NCBI GenBank assembly: GCA_051294375.1
Contig: CM119271.1
Location: forward strand, 5,693,991-5,757,990
DNA: 64,000 nt
Source of the DNA: Paraspadella gotoi
Taxonomy: Eukaryota > Animalia > Chaetognatha
Direction of reading: 5' to 3'
Below, piece after piece: positions 1-13,459 of the stretch; the first letter of the stretch is position 1; every line of letters starts with the position of its first letter. A program made the translations under genes and the position numbers. Under the pieces are notes generated by a model. That model saw nothing but the letters and a program-made list of their open reading frames with translations, did not search any database and was not told the origin of the DNA.

Positions 1-214
1 GAAAGAGGAAGAGAGAACAAAAAAATATAGAAAAGTTGGAGCGAACTTAAAATATAATTTTTAAAAAGTAAAACAGAGAATAATGTTGTTCAATCTAGAG
101 AATATAACTGATTATTATTAGCATCACAGAAAATGGATCTGATAAGATCAAATGGAAAAAAGAAGGAAAGAAAGAAAATAAAATCGCCGGCCTTATTCTT
201 TAAAAATTCCATTG

Positions 215-572
215 CCCGCTCAGAAATGATTTAACTAGCTCTGTTTTTATGTTTAATAAAGGACAAAAAGCATCAAAAATGGTGTTTTTTTTTTTCACTT
301 GGACGATTCCATCAAAACTTGATTTCCAGCTCAATCACTCAATCACCCACACATAAAATTTTAAGTCAATCGCCAGGTTCACTCATGAGTAATTGGCGTT
401 TAAAGCTAAGGGGGGGATGGACGGACGGACAGACATCGTTATTTTTGCTTAATTTATCATAATTCAATATTCTGATATGATCTAAGTGACTTACTGACAA
501 GATTTAGTGGTGGGACAAAGGACAAAGTAAATTATAGAGCCAGAATCTGCTGTAAGCAGGTCCGGTTAAAAA
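215..572 (-). mobile_element. Helentron-associated/DINE-1-like non-autonomous element, copy 1
   Basis: Shares the cactcatgagtaattggcgt core, a (GGAC)n tract and a terminal hairpin (aatctgc...gcaggtccgg) next to an A/T run with the copies at 1845-2168, 60692-60975 and 61638-61918. Confidence 0.6.
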
Positions 573-1844
573 TAAATGCTACCTTGTTCATTACAATTCC
601 ATTCTCTTTTCTGATTTCAATAAATCTATTCAGCTCAATTTGTTTGACTATCTCCACTATCCAATGTTCCTATTTATTTTAGATGATTTATATCTATCGT
701 GTGTCTATTTGTCTTCTTATTTACTTGTCTATTTGTCATCACTCATCAGTCCTTAATTATATACAAATCATCTCTTTCTCTTCCACTGATTTGAAATAAC
801 ATCCACAAGACATGCAAAAGCAACAAACAAGACGGGAAAGCAAATAGCAAAGAGCAACTGATTCTCTACTTTTCAGACCGCTAANNNNNNNNNNNNNNNN
901 NNNNNNNNNNNNNNNNNNNNNNNNNNNNNNNNNNNNNNNNNNNNNNNNNNNNNNNNNNNNNNNNNNNNNNNNNNNNNNNNNNNNNNNNNNNNNNNNNNNN
1001 NNNNNNNNNNNNNNNNNNNNNNNNNNNNNNNNNNNNNNNNNNNNNNNNNNNNNNNNNNNNNNNNNNNNNNNNNNNNNNNNNNNNNNNNNNNNNNNNNNNN
1101 NNNNNNNNNNNNNNNNNNTTAAGCAATCCAGATTAACTAACAGGGATAAAAGTTTATAATCGCTTACACTTTAGCCTCTGGGAATAAAAGCTAAAATTTC
1201 TGCAGTTGCTTTAGGCATCTCTCGAAATTCAACGGTGGTTTAACTTTAAGCGTTAAATTCTAAAGTCGTAGCGAGTTGCTGATCTATGGTGGATATGATG
1301 ACGAGAGCTTTTGCAGGAATTCCACCTCAGGGGGTTNNNNNNNNNNTTTGCAAGAATTCCACCTCAGGGGGTTTTATCCTATCTTTGTCGGGGTAGGACG
1401 GAGTAAGGGGGAAGGGGGGAAAATTATTTTTAATCTCCTTTCTCGGGGGAAATACAAAAACAGAAACGGAAAAACAAAGACGTTTCGCTTGGAGGAAAAT
1501 CGTTCGCGCCTGGTATTAATGGTTATACAGCGTCGGAGGAGTTTCGTATTTCGTAGTTTCTTGTAACAAATACTGTTACCCTTTTTCTTTTTAACTTTTA
1601 GTTTATATAAAATTGGTACATACAACATACGTAAAAGAGGAATTCCATCATGTGGTGGATTTTCCAAAGATTTTGGTTAATATTTTCTATATCCATGGTT
1701 GGATTTACTTGAAACTTAATATTAACAATATTGCTATCATTCTACATTGGCCGGTATAAGAATATATTATCGTAGTATTTTCCTTTCTTTTTCATTGTTA
1801 CTTTGTCACGAAGAATATATAAGAATATATTAAAAAAACCTCTG

Positions 1845-2168
1845 GCTATTTTCGTCAGAGTTTAGTCTTCACACACTTCTTTAGTACTCTCCATACAAAA
1901 TTTCAAATCCATCGCCCGATCCACTCATGAGTAATTGGCGTCCAAATCTAAGGGGGGACGGACGGGCAAACAGATGGATGAACAGAAGGTCGGATAGACG
2001 GACGGACGGATAGACTTTTTTTTGGCAAATTTATCATAATTTGATGTTTAGATATGCTTTAAGTAACTTATGGACTTATCGACAAAATTTTGAGATAGGA
2101 CCGACGGACCGACCAAGTGGATTATAGAGCCTGAATCTCCCATAAGCAGATTCGGCTAAAAAAAAAAA
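1845..2168 (-). mobile_element. Helentron-associated/DINE-1-like element, copy 2
   Basis: Same core, GGAC repeats, and terminal gaatctccc-ataa-gcagattcggc-taaaaa. Confidence 0.6.
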
Positions 2169-2225
2169 TTTAAGGTCGGTTAACTTAGCCATAAGTTTGC
2201 GGCTCCAGTCTCACAACGAACCAAC

Positions 2226-2521
2226 CTTTTCACAAACATCTTCCGTAAAAGATCCGCCTGGCGCGGCGAGGAAGAGCGTCGGCATCGGAAAAACTGTAAA
2301 AACCAAATGAAGAACGAGGTTATTTGTCTGTTACTTCATTCGCCTCTTGATTCCCCGTAGAGTACGGGAAAAAACGGCTTCCTCGCGTTAAGTAGGCAGA
2401 TTATTGGAAATTCTCTGGAGAGCAACGCGCCGCCGCGGCTGACGTTCCATTCGCAGCGGCGCAGTAAAAGTAAGGGATTCGAGTCAGAGATTATTTGAGA
2501 TTCCGCGAAGAGAGAGAGAAG

Positions 2522-2602
<81 letters not shown>

Positions 2603-3034
2603 GCGGGTCAACATTTAAAGGAAAGAAAAATGTCTTTTGTTTCGCTTTTGAAAGCGGATGTGCAAATGCACTGCAATGAGCTCGATTCAGCAGAAGTAAG
2701 GAAGACTATGGCTGGATTAGATAAACGGGTAGATTACGTTAGATTATTAGATTACATTAAATTAGCTACGTATGTTGTAATTTAGTGTGAATAGTAAATT
2801 TCTTAAGGGCTGAAGACGTTGTTGAAGTAACGCGGAATTCGAATGAATGTTTTCGCAAAATTACTTTAAAATGCAAAGTTTTAATCTAGTTTAAAAGTTA
2901 TCTCGCCAGTCATGTTAAGTAATGTCGAATCATGTCGAGTCATCTTTCCCAAGATTCTTCTCACCAGGCGGATGAACCTTCCTCTCGAGGATGCTGTAGC
3001 GATTCAACATCCCCGTCCGCAACTCCAACGCCAT
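2226..3034 (-). CDS. Possible 5' exons of a divergent gene running off the left edge
   Basis: An ATG at 3034 gives MALELRTGMLNRYSILERKVHPP, with a GTGAG donor after 2965 (phase 1). A phase-compatible exon at 2257-2226 reads GGSFTEDVCEK, followed by a GTTGGT donor. No homology recognised. Confidence 0.3.
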
Positions 3035-3074
3035 ATTAATTCTGCGGAATTTCGCTAGGGTCGCCCGCTGAGAT

Positions 3075-3075
<1 letters not shown>

Positions 3076-3111
<36 letters not shown>

Positions 3112-3374
3112 CGCCGAGCGTTTCTTCTCAGCCATTGGATTTAGATTTAGATTTACAGTCATATCGAGGCGAAACAAACGACGTACGAAAAAAAAAAACA
3201 AAAACAAAAATACTACGGAGGAAGTTTAGATTTTTCAAGGAAGTTAATTTAGCTGTAAAAGACGATTTAAAAAATACCGGTTTTATTTTTTCTTTTCTTT
3301 TTTTTTTTTCAATCTTCTTTTCCGTGAATATCTTTCGGATTTCTCGTGATCGAGTTTCATCAAAATCGTGAGGA

Positions 3375-3410
<36 letters not shown>
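3076..3410. repeat. Facing (GTC)n and (GAC)n microsatellites (others at ~3925-3960, 42103-42148, 44968-45003, 52670-52728)
   Basis: (GTC)n at 3076-3110 and (GAC)n at 3375-3410. Confidence 0.9.
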
Positions 3411-4499
3411 AACACTGAGGACGATGATGATGATGACGATTACTACTCGTTGATTACGACGTAAAAGTCTTTTTATGACGAAAAAACAAAAGGGCAACGA
3501 GATTTGAAGTCGTATCTGTCATCAAAGGGAAAAGAACCGAAATTTCAATCGTACGCAGGCTTTCCACGAGTGCTCATTTCTGTTAGCTTAATCATTAACC
3601 TAATCGCTAACCTCTAACCTAATATTTAACTTAACTTAACTAAGTATTTGGTCGCTGATTACCAAACTCATCTCCTTGTCAAAATGTGAGAGATTCAATC
3701 ATGCAAAAAAAAGTTATTTTTTTCTCCCAGCGCTTCCGTGAACTTGTCACAGAATGATGGACAGTTTGACCAGCGGACAGACGACCGCATCAAGGAAAGA
3801 AAAATGTGTCGTATCCTTTCTGTTCCACAATTTTGTGGGTCAATTAATCATCTCCTTTAAATGATGACAACGACGACGACGAAGAAGACCACGATGACGA
3901 TGGCGTTCAAATTAACTAAACGAAGACGACGACGACGACGACGACGAAAACGACGACGAAGACGAAGACAAGAATAACAACCGCTTCCGTGCCGTCAAAA
4001 AACTCGAGCGGAAAATAGGAAGATGTTTTCCTCACTTTGACTTGATTATTAGATCAAAAAAGATATTTAAAATAATTATGACGATGATTTGGTAACTGTC
4101 ATTTCATATATTGTAACCTTTGCGAGAAGGATTGTTTTCTTCCTCCAAAAAAAAATTATTATAATTACTATTAATTCATGATAAATCTGTATAAAATTAT
4201 ATATTTTAAAGGTTTTAAAAATTTTGGTCGTCGTCGTCTTTGTTTAACGATCAAAGGTTTACTGGGCGCTTTCTTTAATTAGCATCAAGATCGAATCGCG
4301 TGTCGGAAGCTACATACGGGGACTCTTCTGGATATCGGGAGAAGAAGAGAGGGCGGAGGATGGGAAAATTTAGGGGGGGGGAGAAAAAGGAGGGTAGGAA
4401 AGCGAATTTACTGGGGAACGTAGGACGAGGATAAGAGGAGAAAAGAGGAGAGAGAGGGAGAATCTGAATAAAAGGGAAAAGAAAATAAAAAGAAGAGGG

Positions 4500-5010
4500 G
4501 AGGAGTGCGTCGGAAAGTTTGGAAGAGAGTAGGAAAGGGTTGAAGAGAGTAGGAAAAGGTGGAAGAGTGTAGGAAAGGGTTGAAGAGAGTCGGAAAAAGT
4601 GGAAAAGAGTAGGTAAGGGTTGAAGTAGTCAGAAAGTGTTGATGAGAGTAGGAAAAGGTGAAAAAGTTTAGGAAAGAGTTGAAAAGAGTAAAAAAAGGTG
4701 GAAAAGTGTAGGAAAGAGTTGAAAATAGTAGGAAAGGTGGAAAGTGTAGGGAAAGGGTTGAAGAGAGTAGGAAAGCGGGTTTATAAGAGTAGGAATAAAG
4801 GGCTGTGAAAAGTGTAGAAAAGGATTGAAGAGAGTTGGAAAAGGTGGAAAAGTGTAGGAAAGAGTGGAGAAGAGTAGGAAAAGGTGGAAAAGTGTAGGAA
4901 AGAGTTGAAAAGAGTAGGAAAAGGTGGAAAAGTGTAGGAAAGGGTTGAAGAGAGTAGGAAAGGTTTGAAGAGAGTAGGAAAAGGTGAAAAAGTGTAGGAA
5001 AGGGTAGAGA
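4500..5010 (+). repeat. Purine-rich 20-bp minisatellite with 40-bp higher-order alternation
   Basis: Alternating GTAGGAAAAGGTGGAAAAGT and GTAGGAAAGGGTTGAAGAGA units, about 25 copies. Confidence 0.85.
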
Positions 5011-5376
5011 GAAGGAAAAAGGAAAACAAAATGTAGAGTTGTAAATCTTTACTATTACAAAGAAGACAAAAGGGAAAGAGACGGAAGATAGGATATTGTA
5101 GGCGATGGCGACAGCGATAATGAAATTAGTTTATTGGAAGTCGAATAAGAGAAGACATGGAATCGGCGTTTAAGGAGGAAGAGGAAGACGAGATCTTAAA
5201 ATAACAAGAGAAAGAAGAGGAAGAGGAAAAACGTTTTCCAAAATCATAAAAAAAAAACGCGAAGTTAAGGAAATGGATTTTCTGGAGGCAGAAACCAAGT
5301 AAATAAAAGTTTGTTTACTTCGGTTTGAAACTTAAATGATTCTAGAATCAACAGGTGGGGGGTCGCGCGTTCCGAA

Positions 5377-5438
5377 GGGGGGCGGGGTGGCGAGTTAGGG
5401 AAATTCCACGTCGCATCAGCCGTGGTCGTCATGGTTAC
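5377..5438 (+). promoter_or_regulatory. Candidate promoter: GC box, kB-like site and RFX X-box-like motif
   Basis: GGGGGGCGGGG at 5377-5387, GGGAAATTCC at 5398-5407 and GTCGTCATGGTTAC at 5425-5438, clustered ~420 bp upstream of the ATG at 5854. Confidence 0.45.
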
Positions 5439-5541
5439 CAAAACGCGATGATACTTTTTTTTTACGATGCGTCGGAAACTAAAAACTTTGCATGATATTG
5501 AGAGAAGAAGGGACAAAGTTTTTAACGCTTGCGATTTTTAT

Positions 5542-5626
<85 letters not shown>

Positions 5627-5853
5627 ATCTCCTTCCAGCCTTAGTGGTTCAGATATAAAAAACAGGAAGGCCGTTTCCTTTGTCGTTTCCTAAACTACGG
5701 CGCAATTATTGATATTTTGATGTATTTGATTATTAATACAGAAAAAAAAAACTACCAAAAAAAAGTTGAAAATNNNNNNNNNNCGACGCTTTTCGTTTTA
5801 TAAGTAATAAGGAATAATTAAATCTTAGTTATATTTCCGAGCAGCGGTTCGGG

Positions 5854-8329
5854 ATGCCGATTCCGTCCGAAGGCAGCGTCGAGGTAGGTTTAATTAAAAA
5901 CGTTTGAAGTAATAAAAACGTTTAAAATAAAGTAAGTTAGAAAACTGAAAGGTAATATATGTCAATTTGACGGTTCGCTGATGGTGACTTAATTTTCTTT
6001 GAGGCTACATTAATAAAAAAAATAAAAAAAACTAAAAGAAAAGCTATGTTAAGCCTTCACTTCTGCCTCCTCCTAAAAAAAAAAACCAAGGAAAAATGTG
6101 TTCTTCTCCGTCTGAAAGTTTCCGTTTTTGGATCTTTGAATCCGTCGAAAAAAGTTTGACCCGGAAGTGAATGGGCCAGAATTTTGGCTTTTTGACCCGA
6201 ATGTCAATTCACCCTTCAGTTGGATGACCTTGGAAGACCCTTTCCACCTAAACTTTTTACGCCCCAAAGATTACAATGTAATTTATTTTCACCTACGAAG
6301 AAACGGTTGAATATCAATNNNNNNNNNNNNNNNNNNNNNNNNNNNNNNNNNNNNNNNNNNNNNNNNNNNNNNNNNNNNNNNNNNNNNNNNNNNNNNNNNN
6401 NNNNNNNNNNNNNNNNNNNNNNNNNNNNNNNNNNNNNNNNNNNNNNNNNNNNNNNNNNNNNNNNNNNNNNNNNNNNNNNNNNNNNNNNNNNNNNNNNNNN
6501 NNNNNNATTAAAAGATGAAGCGATTGGTTTAAGTCCCATAAGAATCGAGCAAAGCGTTCGAAATTTTTATGTAGGACATCTAAGTCGATTTGTAAAAAAA
6601 ATCCAAAAAAGTAAAAAAATAGTTTTAATGAAAAATAGTCTATGACTTTTTCTTAATATGAAAAGTTTATAATATAAAATTGGTGAAACAAATTCAACGC
6701 TAACTTACGGAAATCACTTTTTGAGACTCTGATTTTAAAGTATTGTTGATTGCTATGTTCTACTGCCTGAACCAATTTAAATTTTTCTTGGAACGATCGA
6801 TAACTCTTGAAAAAAGCTATAGTTTTCATAAAATTGTTTTTAAAATGAAACTTTTTTTTGCGTCGCATTGTAGTTTAAATTTTAAATTCAGTCAAGGTTA
6901 CAACGACAAAATCCACGTCTGTCGGGTTTCCAAAGACGAACAACGAGTAAACAGACGCTGATTAAGATTTATGACTACGATGAGAATGACAAAGTCCATG
7001 ATAACAATGACCAAGACGATGACAACAATGACTGTAGTTTACCGATTCGCCCCAGAAGCCCCACGTCTCTCCCAATGTCTCTCCCACGACGTCAACAATG
7101 CCTTCATCCTTACTCATTCAGATGCCCCCTCTCGACGACGACGGGCTCGAATTGGCGGCCGAAGCCTCCATCCTGGCCCCGGAAGTGGTGGGGCCGACGG
7201 GGCCGCAACGGCACGGCCGCCCCCACCCCCTTTCCCCACCCGTTTCGCGCCGCCTTTCGCGGCCCGGGGCGGCGGACAGCCTCGACCCGGAAGAAGAGCG
7301 ATTCTCTCGATCGAGCGACGATCTCGCCAGCCTCACGGAATCCAATGAACTTAGGAACGGAGGTGATGAGGGGGAATGGGTGTGATTGGGACGGGGAAGG
7401 TGGCGATCATTGGTTATTCGCTACATTGAATATTGGGTTGATCATTTGTTTTCAACATGCCTCACTTTGAACCTCATTTGCATATTATTTCTTATTTTTA
7501 AATAAAGCTGGATTATGAAAAAATAAATCTTTTCCAGCTGTAAAAAAAATATGTTTGGCTTGCTTCCAATTATATTAAACTTTTAAATTCATTAATACCA
7601 AGAAAATTGCACGCCTTAATGAGATTGCTTGTTAAAGCGTAGTAAAAATTCTAAAATAAACTTTAATTAAAATTCTAAAAGTGAGTAATGAACAGCAAGT
7701 CATATTACTCATATAAATTTAATGTACAAAAAAGTTGTAAAGTATAATTTATCTTTCATTCAAGCTGTGCGTTCTTGCTTTCGCGTTCTAGAGTCTAGTC
7801 TAGAATTCTCGAAACAAATTTATTAGAAATTTATGCAGGAGGCTAAATTTATATTTATTTAAAAATGGTTTTGTAAGATTTTTTTGCCGATTTGGATTCG
7901 TCATAAAAAGTTGATAGAAATAAATATAACTTTTTTTAAAAATTATTTCATTAAAAGTTGGTCAAAAATCAGAAAAACTCATATTTTAAACTGAAGATTA
8001 AATTTTTAATATCCAATATACTAGTTTTTTAAAATTTTTTACCCATTTATTAAAGAATATTCAAAAATCATTTCTATTTTCTTTCATCAACTTTCGACGA
8101 GGAATTCAAATCTGATACTAAAATTAGTAAAAGCCTATTTTAAAATGTTAAGATATTATAAGGATATTACTTAGAGAATTGACAAAGTTTTTGTTTGCAA
8201 CGAATTTTATTTAATAGTTGACAGACATGTTTTCGCGACTTGTTTTACAAGTCTTCATCACGCGTTTTGACAGAATGGTTTTAAAATTTGTGCATAAAGA
8301 AGAGAGAGAAAGAGAGAGAGAAGAGAGAG

Positions 8330-8383
<54 letters not shown>

Positions 8384-8489
8384 GGGTAAAAGTTTTCCAA
8401 CAAAGTGGTGAGACAGAAAATAGTGGTCAGATGAGAGGACGGTTCAAGGTGAGGACAGATTGAATAAGTTGTGAAAAGAAGTGAAACTT

Positions 8490-8520
<31 letters not shown>

Positions 8521-10232
8521 GAGAGAGAGAGAGAGAGAGAGAGAACAGGGATAAATAAATAAAAATTGAATAAGGATTATTACTATATATAAATCTAGCC
8601 TCCTACGAAAATTAAAAAAACACAAAAAATTATTAATTTTCATAACTTAATGATCACTGATAGCAAGTCGTTCATACTCTATCGTGCATTCAAGATCTCT
8701 CGATGCATTTCAAACCGCCTCCAAGCCAACAGGCTACACTCACATTCCCTCTCCACACTCTCCAACTCTTCCTCCAGACTCGAAGGCCCGTCGCTACTCC
8801 TACCGTCACCCATCCACCAAAGGGGACGCCTCCAAGAGCGACGCCGGCCTCTCCACCGACCCGCCCGCTCATCCTCTGCCCATCGCCGAACTCATTTCTA
8901 CAGTTTGGACCCTCAACCAGAACCTGGCCCTCTACGGGCAGAGGATGGAGGCGGACGAGAGGACGATTCGGCAGAAGGCGGAGGAAGCGGAGAGGCTGGG
9001 GGAGAGGATCGCCGAGACGGAGTCCGTCAATAGGGATAAGGATATGATGATCGCTGATATGCAGAGGAAGATGGATCATAGGTGGGGGTGGATGGGGTGT
9101 GGGGGAAGATGGGAAAAGGGGGATAGGATACATACTGTAATACTATAGTCCATAGAATACTAAAAATAACGTTCCCATCCCATACAGATAAATAATATTA
9201 TATTTAAATATTTAACACAAATCATAAATAATTAGTTATTTTAAATAAAAAATAAAAAAAATAGTGAAGTAAGTATGTTTGTAACTTTCATAATACTATG
9301 TACCATAATATATATATACCATATTATACAATAATTATTAATAATAATATATACTAGTATATNNNNNNNNNNTCCTCCATTTTCTTTTTTCCTTTTTTTT
9401 CCTCCTTATTTTTCTTTCCTTTTCCCCCTTTACCTCCCCTCTCATTCTTTCCTCCTTTTTCTTTCCTTTCCTCCCCCGATCGCAGAGACTCGGAGATCAA
9501 CGAGCTGCAGAACAAAACTACCGAGAAAGACGGAGAAGTTTTAAAAGCGAATAAAAAGATTCAGGAGTTGGACGGGATTCTGCGAAGTCGCGACAATATG
9601 ATAGAGGAATTGCAGGTTGGCTCTTTCAATTCTAATTGAAGGTAACGTAAGAGTAATATTAAATTCGTTATACAGTGCATATCAACACCCAAAAAATTTC
9701 TTAATTGAACACTTTTTTTTAAAAATCTTTATCGTCTCAGGCCAGACTCGCCAAACGGGACAAGGACATCAGCGAATTGCAGAAGCGACTCGGATTCAAA
9801 GACGACGAAATCTTCTCTTTGCACAAAAAGTTGCAGCAAATGGAAGGAGAGACGAGGAACAGGTTAGCGACGTGACGATCGTAGCTATATTTATAATGAA
9901 ATTGTTTGTTTATAACTAACGAAGGGCGTTAATTTAAGGAGTTGTAAATATGACAAATGTTGTAAACTTTTTTCTTGACCTCGCGCGGACGAATAAATTC
10001 CTTGGATGAAAAATTAGACCAGGAAAGGTTAAGACTTTGAATCTTGATTTTGATCTTGATTCCTTTCGTGACCAGAAGGACAAAATAGAAGGTCGAGAGG
10101 GAAAGAGGATGGTGGCGGAAAAAATAAATAAATGAGAGAATAAATGAATGATTGAAGGAAAGATAGAAAGAAAGAACTAGAGAAAGAAAGAAAGAGGGAG
10201 AGAAACAAAAAAAAGAAAGGATGAAAGAAAAA

Positions 10233-10296
<64 letters not shown>

Positions 10297-13200
10297 GAGA
10301 AAGAGAGAGAGAGAGAGAAAAGAAACTAACCAACAACCAAATACGAGCAAAGAGGGAAATAAATAGAACAAGCAGACATGAAAGAAGAAGAAAAAAAGAA
10401 AAAGAAAAATTAAAGGAAAATGAAAAGAAGAAAATATACGAGATTGTAAAAAGGGCGAATAATATGTGATAAGATTTCACTATCATTTACAACTATTTTT
10501 CCCCATATTTCCACAAGTAAGTTTCAAAAAGTTTTTTCTCGAAAAAAAAGAAGCAAAAAACGGAATGGAATGCGTGAGGTGAATCGCAGATAAGCGACGT
10601 GACACATTGCGGAATTCCAAGCGAGCCAAAAAAAAAAAAAAAAGAAGGGAAAAATCTGTCTTTCTTGAAAATTGTCAGAAATTTTTAAAATTCCAGTAAA
10701 GTTGTAAACTCAACACAATTAAGCTTCCCCTTTCCTTCCTTCCCTGACTCGGCTCAATCTTAAAACAACAACAGAGACTCGGTGATTCAAAATTTGGAGA
10801 GGAAGATGCGATCCCCTGATTCACAGGTACTTTAACGAGTCTTTATTAACAATGATTTCATTACATTAATAATGAAATCGTTTAAGAAATTAAAGAAATA
10901 TGTAGAAGTCTTCAAGCATCATAATTACGGATATAATATTTTGATTTCCGTTCGTTTTAAATTAGGAATTAGATTACAATTTTAGCAACAGCGACTTATA
11001 TTAAACTATTAATGTCAACTGGGGACGTAAAACCTACGCACTCCCCTTCCCCGATCCGCAGCGTGCGGCGCTGCAGAACGAAATCACGCGGCTGGAGGCG
11101 CTGCTGGCGGAGCAGAAGGAGGATCAGGACACGATGCAGAAATACTACGAGGGTCAAATCGAGACGCTGACCGGCCGAATGGAGAGACTCAAGCACGAAG
11201 CCTGGGCCAATAGAACGGCGGGGAAAGGAGGGCCGACTGGTAAGTTCTAAGGGTGAGGTAAAAGTAAAGTTGTGAAAGACGAGGGAATGATGTGGGGTGG
11301 GTGTATCCATAAAATAAAAGGACGTTTCTCTAACGTTAGAATAAGTTTAGAATTTGTTTTAGAAGAAACTTAGTTTAATCCGGGTAAAAACTGAGAGAAA
11401 GCGAGTTGCGATGAGGTAAGACGCTATGAGGTTTTAAAATAAATTATTATTGCATGTTAACGATTGCTTATCATTTATTCTATAATTTTAAATATTTACA
11501 GTCTTCCTTTTTTTTTTTCTTCCAGAACGAAAAACTGGTGGTAAGAAAAAAACCCGAAGCGAAAAATTAGTTTTAAAAATAGCAGATTTGTGGCTCATGG
11601 AGAACCCATTTCTTTAGCTTCGTTCCGTCTCTTGCTGCTGCGTATCTCGTAGAAAGTTTTGTACTCTTCTCGTACTAGAAAACCCCGGGAAGAAAAGAGA
11701 GAAAAAAAGATTAATGAGTGAAAAAAAAGGTTTCGTTTTCGTGTTGTTTTCTTTTATTTAGACAGAAGAGCGTGAATTCTCACCGTGACTCCCTCACCGC
11801 TTTTCTTTTTCACAATCCCGCCCTCTCTCGTTCAGGCGGCGGAAAATCGAATCCTGACAACAGACAAGTCACGGAGAAAGTCAAATTCTTGGAGCGAGAA
11901 CTGGGAGAGAAAGAAGCGGAATGTCAGAGGTTGGTATTTTATTATTGCAGTTTGTCATTGATTATTCCAATCACGATTATTTTTAAATATTATTAAATCT
12001 AACGTTCATTTTAGGGCACCCAGTATGTCCTACGTTTCTTTTCTTTCAGTAATATTTTTTTATTTACTTCCCTTTATATACCACGACCTATCTACAATTT
12101 TTAATAATCGTAAGAAAACCTTTATCTCAAAGATTTATACAATGAAAAATACGGTTCTTCAGAAACTTGTTCCGTTTTTTACAACATAAGAACAATTTTT
12201 AATTGTTTACCTTTTAATTAATTAATTTTATTTAATTAACTGGTTTTTTTTTCTTTCTCTATTTTATTATGTTTTTCGTTTGCTCAGACTTAGTCTATGT
12301 TTCTTTGTTGATGATGATTGTACTGAATCAACCTTGTTGTAAATGTAATATATATACGATTTTATTAGAATACAATTTCCAGAAAGTGAAAAATTTCTCC
12401 GCCATTTTTTTTTTTCGTAACCTGTTCTCATCCCCTTCGACGCCGCGACTCTATGATAACTCGTGTCACAACCGCTGTCACAACCATGTCACAAAAAAAA
12501 ATCACCTTTTTCACGCTCGCCTACCCTCCTCCCCAGATTACGTCAAAAGGAGAGCGATCTTAAGCAGCGAAGCGACGGTTTGGAAAATCTGTTGAGAAGA
12601 ACCGAGATGAAGCTCAAGATGCCGCTCAACGTTTTCCTCATGTCCGGTAAGCGATCGTTTATATTATTATCAACAGTATCATAATATTATTATTGATTAG
12701 CTACCATTTACTATACAGTATACAGGTAAAATAACATTGTCTTTTGCTTTTCGTTTTATAAACAATTTAAGCTTTAATTTACATTTTTATTCAGCCGATG
12801 GTGCCCCTGGTATAGCTTCGGCGCAGCAGCAGCAACTGCAACAAATGCAGCAGCAACAATTACAAAAACAGCAAATGTTGCAAACTCAAAAACCAGGTGA
12901 AAAATTTATTAAATGGGTTAATAAAGAGGTTTCTGCTCTTTGACAGGAATCTGGGGTCAGATTTGGCAGGATTTAGGATAAAAAAAACCCTGCGAATTTT
13001 TGAAAATTATGACAGCAGGACTGGCAAGATCACTCTGATTGGTAATCACGGAATTTTCCCAGCAGGATTGATATATTTGGCAGGAACGTTTTTTTTTTTA
13101 TTGGTCTTCAGGCAATAATTAAGAATTTAGTGAAACAAGTTATCTCGCAATTTTTCATAAAGAGATTGCCTTTTGTTTTCCTCAGGAGCGACTTCCGCCA

Positions 13201-13459
13201 ACTCCGAGCCTGGTGAACAAATGACGAAACTACCAACAATTCCTTCGCAAATAAAAGGACAGCCCCCGTCGGAACGTAAGAAGTGATGAATCACGGTTTG
13301 TTCGTTTATATTGGGCGAAGTTAATTACCTTTATTTCTGACGACAGCTCGCGTATCCGGTGTCGAACCAACAAAGCTACCAAAAATTGCCCCGTCAAGAG
13401 GCGCTGCGGTTCCGGCGACGGGGGCGGCGCCACCGGCACAAAAAAGAAGCAATTATTGA
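5854..13459 (+). CDS. Multi-exon coiled-coil protein, ~526 aa, family not recognised
   Basis: Hand-threaded exons with GT-AG sites and matching phases: 5854-5883, 7122-7362, 8778-9081, 9486-9615, 9741-9862, 10775-10826, 11062-11239, 11526-11540, 11836-11929, 12537-12646, 12795-12896, 13186-13275, 13347-13459 (total 1581 nt, ends ...QKRSNY-TGA). Heptad-like E/K/R/Q-rich centre (RDSEINELQNKTTEKDGEVLKANKKIQELDGILRSRDNMIEELQARLAKRDKDISELQKRL), a poly-Q exon and a Pro-rich end. The first exon is the least certain. Confidence 0.85.
7850..8150. mobile_element. Degenerate inverted-repeat (MITE-like) element; relative at ~18630-18790
   Basis: gatttggattcgtcataaaaagttgat pairs imperfectly with atcaactttcgacgaggaattcaaatc. 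The aagttggtcaaa...agaaaaact motif recurs at ~18636. Confidence 0.4.

Noticed and set aside
881-1126. ORFs made of X residues (also 6216-6645)
   Set aside because: They span assembly N-gaps.
2808-2850. Hammerhead-like CTGAAGA-CGTT...AACG
   Set aside because: The stem is followed by CGGAAT rather than GAAA, and no stems I/III were found.
11762-11771. Second possible microexon (tttag|acagaagagc|gtgaat)
   Set aside because: Weak donor, and 10 nt would shift the frame; a 6-nt version is possible but unsupported.
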